A stretch of 52,965 nucleotides of DNA, taken from a virus (Duplodnaviria > Caudoviricetes). Shown piece by piece: positions 1 to 7,132 of the stretch; position 1 is the first letter of the stretch; every line of letters starts with the position of its first letter. The DNA is taken from the IMG/VR virus record IMGVR_UViG_3300028743_000008, positions 1 through 52,965 of that record; one strand, written 5' to 3'. A program made the position numbers and the translations under genes. The notes beneath the pieces were generated by a model. That model was given only the letters and a program-made list of their open reading frames with translations. It was not told the origin of the DNA and made no database searches.

Positions 1-149
1 ATGACCATTTCCCTACCGAAAAACACGGCTGGGGGTAATGACCATTTCCCTACCGAAAAACACGGCTGGGGGTAATGACCATTTCCCTACCGAAAAACAC
101 GGCTGGGGGTAATGACCATTTCCCTACCGAAAAACACGGCTGGGGGTAA
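1..149. repeat. 37-bp perfect tandem repeat, 4 full copies (ATGACCATTTCCCTACCGAAAAACACGGCTGGGGGTA)
   Basis: Identical units at 1-37, 38-74, 75-111 and 112-148, with no spacers. Confidence 0.98.
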
Positions 150-155
150 CTACCT

Positions 156-1118
156 TCACCGTAAAAGTTCATCCTCTCGGTCGTCCAGGAACTTTTTGAG
201 TTTGGCCTGGGCCTCGGCTAGGTCCGTTTTTCGTTGGGCCGCTAGAGTCTGGGCTTTGGTTAAGGCGTCCGCCGCTTTATTATACTCCTTTTTAGCAAAG
301 GATACTTTTTCTACGGGCGTTAACTCAAGTTGCGCAACGTGTGTTGCATGCCTAACCGAATAGGTTTCTCGGACGCGTTCACCTATCGCATCAAGTGGAC
401 CGTCTTCGATTTGTAAGTCTGGTGCACAGATCACTTTACACTTGTATGTCTTAGCGGCGTTTGGGTCGTTACGGTCCAACTCTATGCGATAGAGCAACTT
501 CTTAACGCGCCTATCTGATATAATAGTGACTATACGTCCAGACATTAGGCCGTCCAGGGTAAGAAACTTAGCACGTCGGCCAACGTTTTGCATAACGACC
601 TCAACCTCCTTAGCGATAGTAGCGTCGTCCCAAACGAGGGCCGCAACCTCAGCGCGTACTCTACGCTTAGGTTCTTTTACGGGGGCTAATTCGGCCGTTA
701 CTTCTAATAGCTCAGAATCGTACACCTTCATAATCCTTCGTGTTTCGTCGCCTTCGTCCGTAATCTTAATGGCATACAGAATTCTGTTATTAGCACCGAT
801 TACGACGTCTACGATTACGCCCTTATGCCACGTGGCTTCATTAAAAGGAACGACGTTACACATGTGACCTATATTAGGCCTTAGGTCGTCCACAATGTCG
901 TTAACCTCGTCGTCTGACAACTTAGTATCTACGACCGCGGGGGCGTCGTTTTCTGATATTACACAAGGGGCGCGAAAGTTTCCCCCTTCGTCTAATTCGT
1001 GTGTCTGGGCCCGTGCATCTAAGACGGCCCTAATTTTGGGTTGCTCCTTTTCTGTAGCAACCTCAAATAATGCCTCAAGCTTTCTAGAGCTCAAGGCATT
1101 ATAATCTTTATTTGTCAT
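156..1118 (-). CDS. Hypothetical phage protein with two internal beta-rich repeats and a C-terminal coiled coil
   Basis: 320 aa ORF in the minus-strand operon; similar segments PNIGHMC..GVIVDV..RILYAIK and QNVGRRA..GRIVTI..KLLYRIE. Confidence 0.8.
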   Translation of the reverse strand: MTNKDYNALSSRKLEALFEVATEKEQPKIRAVLDARAQTHELDEGGNFRAPCVISENDAPAVVDTKLSDDEVNDIVDDLRPNIGHMCNVVPFNEATWHKGVIVDVVIGANNRILYAIKITDEGDETRRIMKVYDSELLEVTAELAPVKEPKRRVRAEVAALVWDDATIAKEVEVVMQNVGRRAKFLTLDGLMSGRIVTIISDRRVKKLLYRIELDRNDPNAAKTYKCKVICAPDLQIEDGPLDAIGERVRETYSVRHATHVAQLELTPVEKVSFAKKEYNKAADALTKAQTLAAQRKTDLAEAQAKLKKFLDDREDELLR

Positions 1119-1125
1119 TCTATAA

Positions 1126-1326
1126 TTAATTTAAGTAAATAATCAATAGGAAGATAAGGCCCGTAATCCAATAGAGTAGGGACTTAGTTACGGGCAACGC
1201 CTTAATGGGAAAAGGGCTGAGTACCAAAGCACACAGTATTATTCCGCCGTGTACGCCTATAATAAACAGTACCAATTTAAGCAGCTTGAGTACTATTTCG
1301 TTCTTTGCTAATTCAATTGCTAACAT
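1126..1326 (-). CDS. Small membrane protein (2 predicted TM helices)
   Basis: 66 aa with two hydrophobic stretches; tightly packed in the operon. Confidence 0.7.
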   Translation of the reverse strand: MLAIELAKNEIVLKLLKLVLFIIGVHGGIILCALVLSPFPIKALPVTKSLLYWITGLIFLLIIYLN

Positions 1327-1535
1327 GCTAGTTTTGTGTTAAGTGAATAAAACTGTATAGATAGTTCCGTCTTCATACGAAGATGGCAACCAAAGCCAAA
1401 GTCATGAGCCAAACGCCTAAGCCTCTGGGCGTCCGTTAAAGTGGATACGCCGCTTCCTGTAGCCCACAGATAATAAAAGCTATTGCCTCTACTATCTTTC
1501 GCGTCTTCTAATGCGATTACAAAATCTTCGTCCAT
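1320..1535 (-). CDS. Hypothetical protein
   Basis: 71 aa ORF tiling between neighbours. Confidence 0.6.
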   Translation of the reverse strand: MDEDFVIALEDAKDSRGNSFYYLWATGSGVSTLTDAQRLRRLAHDFGFGCHLRMKTELSIQFYSLNTKLAC

Positions 1536-1539
1536 AGTC

Positions 1540-1761
1540 TCAAGTATTAAGTTTCAACCTATCTTTTACACGGGCCTCCATGTCTGGGTCGCGAAAGATA
1601 AGACTTGCGACTACCATGTTCACAGCACTAGAGTATTGTATGCTTCTTAAGCATGTACCCACTTGTTTATTTGCTTTACAAGTGATGTATCCGTCGCATT
1701 GAAAGCACAGTGTACGTCTAGTAAATTTGCGTGCTATTTTTTGACTTTCTGGTATTTTCAT
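1540..1761 (-). CDS. Small Cys-containing hypothetical protein (likely start MKIPES)
   Basis: ATG overlaps the stop of the upstream ORF (ATGA); CFQC..C..C motif. Confidence 0.6.
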   Translation of the reverse strand: MKIPESQKIARKFTRRTLCFQCDGYITCKANKQVGTCLRSIQYSSAVNMVVASLIFRDPDMEARVKDRLKLNT

Positions 1762-2168
1762 AATCGTATGATTTGTTTGTTTTCTACGTCGTAAATTGCT
1801 AATTGCTTCCATATCACAGCCTCACTTAATGCGTGTGCTTTGTCACTTTCGTTTACAGATAGGTCAAAGAATACTTTGCCCGTGCTTTGATCATACCAGG
1901 AGCCGAGGTATAAAGGTTGACCAAAATAAGTTGTGCCTAATACGTCTACGTGTGACTTCACCCAGGCCGCGACGGCGTGTACATCTACTTTCGAAAGCGT
2001 CTCATACTCAAGTGTATGCTTCTTACCGCCTAAGGATACCATGTACCCCGTTACAGGTTGTTCTAAGTCTAAGTTATAAGAGCCGCCGTACTTTTGTTCT
2101 GACAATGAAATGGAAGCTATTAATGTAGCTGCTATTTCGTGACTCTTTTCAGTGTCTATAAAGTTCAT
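1758..2168 (-). CDS. Conserved-looking phage protein, possibly SAM-lyase-like fold
   Basis: YLGSWYD..GKVFFDLSV..DKAHAL..A..KQLAIYD pattern; ORF is solid, function is inference. Confidence 0.6.
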   Translation of the reverse strand: MNFIDTEKSHEIAATLIASISLSEQKYGGSYNLDLEQPVTGYMVSLGGKKHTLEYETLSKVDVHAVAAWVKSHVDVLGTTYFGQPLYLGSWYDQSTGKVFFDLSVNESDKAHALSEAVIWKQLAIYDVENKQIIRL

Positions 2169-2170
2169 AA

Positions 2171-2968
2171 TTATTTAGAATTATATATGTTATGTATTAA
2201 TGATATATCGCTTTCGAATAGTTCTGTAACTGCTATGTCGCTACAGGCATAGGCCGCGAAGTTACCAGCATGGTAAATACCTGTTACGTGTTTGAAATGC
2301 TTTTGTAATAAGCCTTCAAACTCTTTTATGTCGTAGCAGTATTCGCCCATGTCGACCAACACGTTTTGTTTCTTCTTTGCTATTTCGTCTTGAGTAAAAT
2401 ATTTGGACTTCCATAAATCGTCTTTTAAATTTTCATTCCTTTGCCACAGTTCCGTATCCTTATTGCTAAACTTTTCACAGAATATGCAAACGCCCGTATC
2501 TTCTACAGACGCTTTCAACTCAAGTATTTCAGGTTCACGAGTCTTTGTAAAGAACTGAAAGCCCAATAGCTCAAGCGCAATATCAAAGGTTATTACCTTT
2601 GTATCTATTTGATTTATTTGTTGGCCGCTTTCGTCCGTCCAGGAAGACATAAAGCCCCCTAAGTTATTGAACAGCCTAGGATACTTCATTTGCGGCGAAA
2701 TTTGTTTAGCAAGACTTATCATTTTAGGGCTACCATCTACATTAATATAGGAACCCTTAAAGCCATTGTCAAATAGAGTTTTGCCAAACAGGCCCGTAGA
2801 GCCGCATACATCTAGTATAGTTGCTTCGTAAAAGTGTTTGCGTATATTTGCCTGTAGTTCGGAAATAAAGGCCCCATACAAAGGTATGCTTTGGCGTACA
2901 TGTGTATCGAACTCACTAGCCATCTTATTAAAGAAAGCTTGTTTTATGGGTGTATTCTTAGTCTTCAT
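2171..2968 (-). CDS. CmoA-like (carboxy-SAM synthase family) class I SAM-dependent methyltransferase-fold protein
   Basis: FDTHVRQSIPLY, ILDVCGSTG, VDGSPKMI, FQF, CEKFS, EIAKKK and GNF parallel the E. coli CmoA motifs FPDMIQRSVPGY, YDLGCSLG, IDNSPAMI, LQF, SEKFS, EISQKR and FNF. Confidence 0.8.
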   Translation of the reverse strand: MKTKNTPIKQAFFNKMASEFDTHVRQSIPLYGAFISELQANIRKHFYEATILDVCGSTGLFGKTLFDNGFKGSYINVDGSPKMISLAKQISPQMKYPRLFNNLGGFMSSWTDESGQQINQIDTKVITFDIALELLGFQFFTKTREPEILELKASVEDTGVCIFCEKFSNKDTELWQRNENLKDDLWKSKYFTQDEIAKKKQNVLVDMGEYCYDIKEFEGLLQKHFKHVTGIYHAGNFAAYACSDIAVTELFESDISLIHNIYNSK

Positions 2969-3120
2969 GGTTGCGTCTTTTTTAAATAGTATAATGTATA
3001 TGTTCCGCCGTCGTTTGCGACCAGCAAAGAATTAGTAGAATCATATCTACCTTTACAAAAGGTGATCATGTTATAAACATTATCAAAGTCCTTACTACAT
3101 GAAAAATCTTCTTTCTTCAT
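2965..3120 (-). CDS. Small hypothetical protein (51 aa, MKKEDFSCSK...), absent from the ORF track
   Basis: Translated by hand; TGA stop overlaps the ATG of the CmoA-like gene (ATGA). Confidence 0.65.
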   Translation of the reverse strand: MKKEDFSCSKDFDNVYNMITFCKGRYDSTNSLLVANDGGTYTLYYLKKTQP

Positions 3121-3132
3121 AACCGTATGCGT

Positions 3133-3447
3133 TTAGTATCCTAGATATTGTAATATTGTGCAATTGGGTAAGCGTTCGCCGCTTGAATCGGTTACTTCAA
3201 ATTCGCCGTATTTGCCGCAAGTAAGCGTATCAAAAAGTTCAGGGTGGTTTGCTACATTATATACGCGTAAAAATGTAATAGGTTCGTCCGCTTTGCCGAA
3301 GGCGTATACCTGTAATCCGTGTTGCTCTAATAGCCCTTTTGTGGACCAAAGACTCTTTGCTATTCCTTCTTTTGTCAAAGGAGTTAGAAGGCCGCTATAA
3401 CTTTCGAACAGTATTTGCTTCTTTAATGTTTCTCTTATCGTCTCCAT
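3133..3447 (-). CDS. Hypothetical protein
   Basis: 104 aa ORF in the operon. Confidence 0.7.
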   Translation of the reverse strand: METIRETLKKQILFESYSGLLTPLTKEGIAKSLWSTKGLLEQHGLQVYAFGKADEPITFLRVYNVANHPELFDTLTCGKYGEFEVTDSSGERLPNCTILQYLGY

Positions 3448-3458
3448 ATCTATAGATA

Positions 3459-3770
3459 TTAATTATGAAGGCCCCACGTGTTATGCTCAATAAGAAGGGC
3501 ATTAAAAGTAATGTCGTTATTATAATCGTCTTGCGACATATCAAATAAACTCTCAGCGTCTTCGCACTCGTATAAGTACCAATCAAAAAAGCCTTGTATG
3601 GTATCGAATAACTTTACGTACCCGTTACCATCAAGGTAGGCAACACCCGTAAAGGGCATTCCGTTTGCGTCGACGCCCGTAGTTTCTGCTTTTAGAAACT
3701 CCATTTGTTCACCCTGTTTTTGCCCGTAAACCGTTTCGGTTATCGTTGCAAGTCTGCTAATGATCTTCAT
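3459..3770 (-). CDS. Acidic hypothetical protein
   Basis: 103 aa; first gene after the internal promoter at 3797-3828; D/E-rich C-terminal half. Confidence 0.7.
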   Translation of the reverse strand: MKIISRLATITETVYGQKQGEQMEFLKAETTGVDANGMPFTGVAYLDGNGYVKLFDTIQGFFDWYLYECEDAESLFDMSQDDYNNDITFNALLIEHNTWGLHN

Positions 3771-3796
3771 AATCTGTATGTATTAATTTGTAAGTA

Positions 3797-3828
3797 CAAA
3801 GATAACATGTTGTCCTTATACTTACAAA
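3797..3828 (-). promoter_or_regulatory. Bacteroidota primary-sigma promoter (internal early promoter)
   Basis: Minus strand reads TTTG (3828-3825), 20 nt spacer, TATCTTTG (3804-3797). Confidence 0.8.
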
Positions 3829-3847
3829 TGTTTAGCGTTAAATTATG

Positions 3848-4390
3848 CTAAGGCTTGAATAATTCTTTTAGCGCGTCTAATTTCAAAGCGGGTAACTGCT
3901 TTTCTTGCACCGTTATGAAGGGCAACGCCTCTGGGAACTCGGCTGTAACTCTTTCGAGTGTAGATAGAGCGCGAAGATTTTCGGTTAGTTCCTCGATTAA
4001 TTCCGCTTTACAATATCTTTTACCCTTTGGCCCGTCTAGCCTATTAGTTAGGTCCCACGCTAAATTGTAGTCGTTTAGTGATACCTCGTAGGAGCCGCTT
4101 TTGTAGGGGACACTTTTGTCTAAGTTAAGTTTAATACTTCGCCCTGGGCCGTGTATTAAGCCCCTAGGCGTTTCCGACGGCGGCACTACGTATAAGTGTT
4201 TCATACTGTTTTGACTAAAATAGGAGGGGTAAGCCACAAAGCAATTGCGTACATTTGCGGGGATGTACTTTTCGCTGATTCTGTAACCTAAGGCATGCAA
4301 GTTATCTTCTAAGACTTTTATACCTTCGTCCCAGATTTTGGATGCCATTTTCTCGGCTGTTTCCGTTGCCAACGCTTTTGTAATTTTCAT
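3848..4390 (-). CDS. Nmad5-like (nucleotide modification associated domain 5) protein
   Basis: MKITK start and the C-terminal LRALSTLERVTAEFPEALPFI motif typical of the family. Confidence 0.7.
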   Translation of the reverse strand: MKITKALATETAEKMASKIWDEGIKVLEDNLHALGYRISEKYIPANVRNCFVAYPSYFSQNSMKHLYVVPPSETPRGLIHGPGRSIKLNLDKSVPYKSGSYEVSLNDYNLAWDLTNRLDGPKGKRYCKAELIEELTENLRALSTLERVTAEFPEALPFITVQEKQLPALKLDALKELFKP

Positions 4391-4656
4391 AATGCGTAAT
4401 AATTTTTATCTGAGTACATAAATGTGTAAATTGGGTGTGCCCTTTGAACTTCATATACGCTTATTGCAGGCACTTTGAATAAGTCATAAGAGTAAGTAAT
4501 TGATACCTCTGTGTCTAGGGTATAGTCATACATTTGCACGCTCTGAGTCAATGCGTCAAAGCTATCTAAACGAAGGTCATGCTTTTCGAGTTGAGGCTCG
4601 GCTTGACATGCGACTAAAAGAATAGACATAACGATTACAGTTGCTAAATGTTTCAT
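4387..4656 (-). CDS. Small lipoprotein
   Basis: MKHLATVIVMSILLVA-C lipobox signal peptide. Confidence 0.7.
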   Translation of the reverse strand: MKHLATVIVMSILLVACQAEPQLEKHDLRLDSFDALTQSVQMYDYTLDTEVSITYSYDLFKVPAISVYEVQRAHPIYTFMYSDKNYYAL

Positions 4657-5111
4657 TTTATTTTGCTAATGCTGAGTACAGCGATTAAAGAATCTTCACC
4701 CTTAAGGTCCGTAGGCCTATTACATATAGCCATAAATCTAGTATTTGACGGGCCCTGGTTATTAGATACTAAATAGGCTTGCTTTGTTAGTAGCTGTAGG
4801 CAATGTTCCGTTTCTTCGCTAGATATGTGCATCATATAAAGTAAATCTTTTAGCTTCATATCTAGGCGGTTAACGGGGAACATCCGAAAGTTAACTAAGT
4901 CTTTCATGTCTTCGACGTCTACGCAATTCAAACAATTTGTGCACCTTTTACAGTCTATACAACCAAAGCAGTCTACACAATTTTCACACCTTACTAGGTC
5001 CGCGCTAGCCTGTAGAAAGTTAGTAAAGCTGTAGGCCTCAGCATTCCAACGGTTGCCGTACCTATCGACCCAATAACCCTTTTTATAATATACTGATTCG
5101 TGTTCGTTCAT
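4653..5111 (-). CDS. Cysteine-rich (CxxCxxC repeat) protein
   Basis: CENCVDCFGCIDCKRCTNCLNC, eight Cys at 3-residue spacing. Confidence 0.7.
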   Translation of the reverse strand: MNEHESVYYKKGYWVDRYGNRWNAEAYSFTNFLQASADLVRCENCVDCFGCIDCKRCTNCLNCVDVEDMKDLVNFRMFPVNRLDMKLKDLLYMMHISSEETEHCLQLLTKQAYLVSNNQGPSNTRFMAICNRPTDLKGEDSLIAVLSISKIK

Positions 5112-5608
5112 GGCATATCCTCCACTTTTACGTTATCATACCCCGCGGCCTTAAGATCCGCTTTGATATACTTAGTGAAACGACCTTTTTTAGTGTACTT
5201 ATGTAAATAAAACACGTTCGCCGTTGTATGACACCCCTCAAGAATAGAATAGCAGTCGTATTTCTCTGTGAGGTGCGAATAGTTATTTAGCAACACAATA
5301 AGAGTATCCCTTATGCCCTCGGTTCTAATTGCAATACGTACCGGTGCATTTTTGATCTTTTCGCCCTTCTCTACTAACTCCTTTGCCTGAATAGCATTTT
5401 GATCTTCTACGTAACGAGTCTCACAGGCCAACGCCCTTTGAAAGTCGTTTAGGAAGGTCAAGCAACTATTTTTTGTACCTGTGTGGATTACTTCGCCGTG
5501 AAGTTTGACATGTGAATAACCATTGTATTCTTGAGTCTCAAATGCAAAGTCCGTTGTTTGCTTTGCTTGTGCGCAAGTTGCGTCTAGTAATTTTTTTGTC
5601 CCTAACAT
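5108..5608 (-). CDS. Hypothetical protein
   Basis: 166 aa ORF, 4-nt overlap with the next gene. Confidence 0.7.
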   Translation of the reverse strand: MLGTKKLLDATCAQAKQTTDFAFETQEYNGYSHVKLHGEVIHTGTKNSCLTFLNDFQRALACETRYVEDQNAIQAKELVEKGEKIKNAPVRIAIRTEGIRDTLIVLLNNYSHLTEKYDCYSILEGCHTTANVFYLHKYTKKGRFTKYIKADLKAAGYDNVKVEDMP

Positions 5609-5620
5609 AATTGTATATCT

Positions 5621-5779
5621 TTATTTATTAATATTCTGTGCAAGTTTGATCTGAAAGGCTATGAACTTTTCAAAGTCTGAATAGTTTAGGTTCAAATACG
5701 CTTTGTTTATCACTCTATACCTCGTTTCGTGCGTCTTAGCTCTTTTGTAAGATGCCTTATAACTGTTTAATGTTGCCAT
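5621..5779 (-). CDS. Small basic protein (start MATLNSYK), paralog of 6098-6268
   Basis: ATG at 5779 follows the AATAAGATT leader; similarity to the neighbouring small ORF. Confidence 0.7.
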   Translation of the reverse strand: MATLNSYKASYKRAKTHETRYRVINKAYLNLNYSDFEKFIAFQIKLAQNINK

Positions 5780-5783
5780 AATC

Positions 5784-6110
5784 TTATTTATTAAGTGTTT
5801 CGTCTTTGTCAATCGTAATACCCCTTTTTGCGCATCTGTTTAACAGCATGCCTTTACGCATATAATACGGTGTGATTTGTTGCCAAAAACAAAGGTCGCC
5901 CGTGTTTACTCTTTCTATTACTGAGTAGCCCATTGTCTCGTGCTCAACTAAACGCGTATGTATACGTTTTGTCTCTGCTAACCTTTTAAGCTCGTAGGCC
6001 TCAGCACCTTCTATTATTTCGTTTGCTATTCTATTATCCCAGGTCTGTTTTCTACCTTCTTTGGGCATGTTAAGTGCTACGTTCCGTTTTGCTTTATTTA
6101 ATGTCTCCAT
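5784..6110 (-). CDS. Hypothetical protein
   Basis: 108 aa ORF in the operon. Confidence 0.7.
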   Translation of the reverse strand: METLNKAKRNVALNMPKEGRKQTWDNRIANEIIEGAEAYELKRLAETKRIHTRLVEHETMGYSVIERVNTGDLCFWQQITPYYMRKGMLLNRCAKRGITIDKDETLNK

Positions 6111-6268
6111 AGTCGTATTATTAGTTTGGTTTTATAGGCAATAAATTCTCTAAATTCTGAATCAGAAAGATATAAGTATGCACGGTTTCTAATCTTTATA
6201 GTTCGCCTGATATTGTTGCGTATTAGAGCTATTCTGAATGCCTGTTTGTAATTATCCAATGTTTTCAT
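6098..6268 (-). CDS. Small basic protein (56 aa, MKTLDNYKQAF...), absent from the ORF track
   Basis: Translated by hand; AATAAAGATT leader; similar to 5621-5779. Confidence 0.7.
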   Translation of the reverse strand: MKTLDNYKQAFRIALIRNNIRRTIKIRNRAYLYLSDSEFREFIAYKTKLIIRLWRH

Positions 6269-6273
6269 AATCT

Positions 6274-6792
6274 TTATTTATTAAGTCCCTGTAATGCGTA
6301 ATACTCGTTCTGTATCTTATGTAGGCCGTTGTCCCACGCTTCGTTGTCTGCTAACTCGGTCCTGGGATTAACGTATAGAACTATGCCTAATAACGAGTAA
6401 TCTAAGAGTAGTATATCGTCCGTACCGTTCAGGCACTTCTTTACGTACGTATCGAGTTCGTCGGGTGTGAGTACTCGGCCCGTACCTAATATGGGTGTGA
6501 CATGTACCGTTACTTCTTTGCCTTTCTGTAGTATGGTGTAGGATACACTGAACACAGTTGCGTAACCGTTACCCGCGTTTGACCAACCCTTTGAGGTTAG
6601 TTGCTTAGCGTCGATACAGGGGCGTTCGGTCAACTTAACGTTGCCTAATTGCCAATAGTTCACCATGCTAGAGGTGATGCGTGCCAACTTACTTTGTCTG
6701 ATAAGTCCATTGATAGCGTAACCAATAATGGATGCAAGGAATAGCGCACATAATGCAAGTGCAATTCTTTTGATAAGTTCTTTCGTCTTCAT
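6274..6792 (-). CDS. Membrane-anchored hypothetical protein
   Basis: Basic N-terminus followed by hydrophobic IALALCALFLASIIGYAI. Confidence 0.75.
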   Translation of the reverse strand: MKTKELIKRIALALCALFLASIIGYAINGLIRQSKLARITSSMVNYWQLGNVKLTERPCIDAKQLTSKGWSNAGNGYATVFSVSYTILQKGKEVTVHVTPILGTGRVLTPDELDTYVKKCLNGTDDILLLDYSLLGIVLYVNPRTELADNEAWDNGLHKIQNEYYALQGLNK

Positions 6793-6823
6793 AATCTTTA
6801 TGTATTAATTGTTTATATGGGGA

Positions 6824-7021
6824 CTAACCGCGTACGCCGCCGTTATATATTCTCTTTAGTTTTCCATAGCCATACTTTCTGTAGTTAGCTGTGTCTGCTT
6901 TGAACGCTTGATAAGCTTCTGTGATGTTAGACGCGCAATAATTAATCTTTGTGCGACGACCCATTGAATCTATTATTTCATAATAGTTCTTTTGCTCTGA
7001 TGTTACTGTAGATGTTATCAT
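6824..7021 (-). CDS. Small hypothetical protein, first gene of the early operon
   Basis: 65 aa; its leader is shared with the gene at 6792. Confidence 0.7.
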   Translation of the reverse strand: MITSTVTSEQKNYYEIIDSMGRRTKINYCASNITEAYQAFKADTANYRKYGYGKLKRIYNGGVRG

Positions 7022-7100
7022 ATTCTTTATGTATTAATTGTTTATACTAAGGTATGGCATGTGCCATAGTCAAATGTCTTATTGAACTCTTTCAATACAA

Positions 7101-7132
7101 CAAAGATAATAGGTTTATCTTATACTTACAAA
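7101..7132 (-). promoter_or_regulatory. Bacteroidota primary-sigma promoter for the leftward early operon
   Basis: TTTG (7132-7129), 20 nt spacer, TATCTTTG (7108-7101); near copy of the 3797 promoter. Confidence 0.8.

Noticed and set aside
1-149. CRISPR array (37 bp is a typical repeat length, and a Cas4-like gene is present)
   Set aside because: Units are head-to-tail with no spacers and lack typical CRISPR repeat ends; the Cas4-like DUF2800 gene is a standard part of this replication module
112-363. Plus-strand ORF starting in the repeat, and ORF 52600-52938
   Set aside because: Antisense to well-formed minus-strand genes; they arise from ATG and stop codons within the repeat unit
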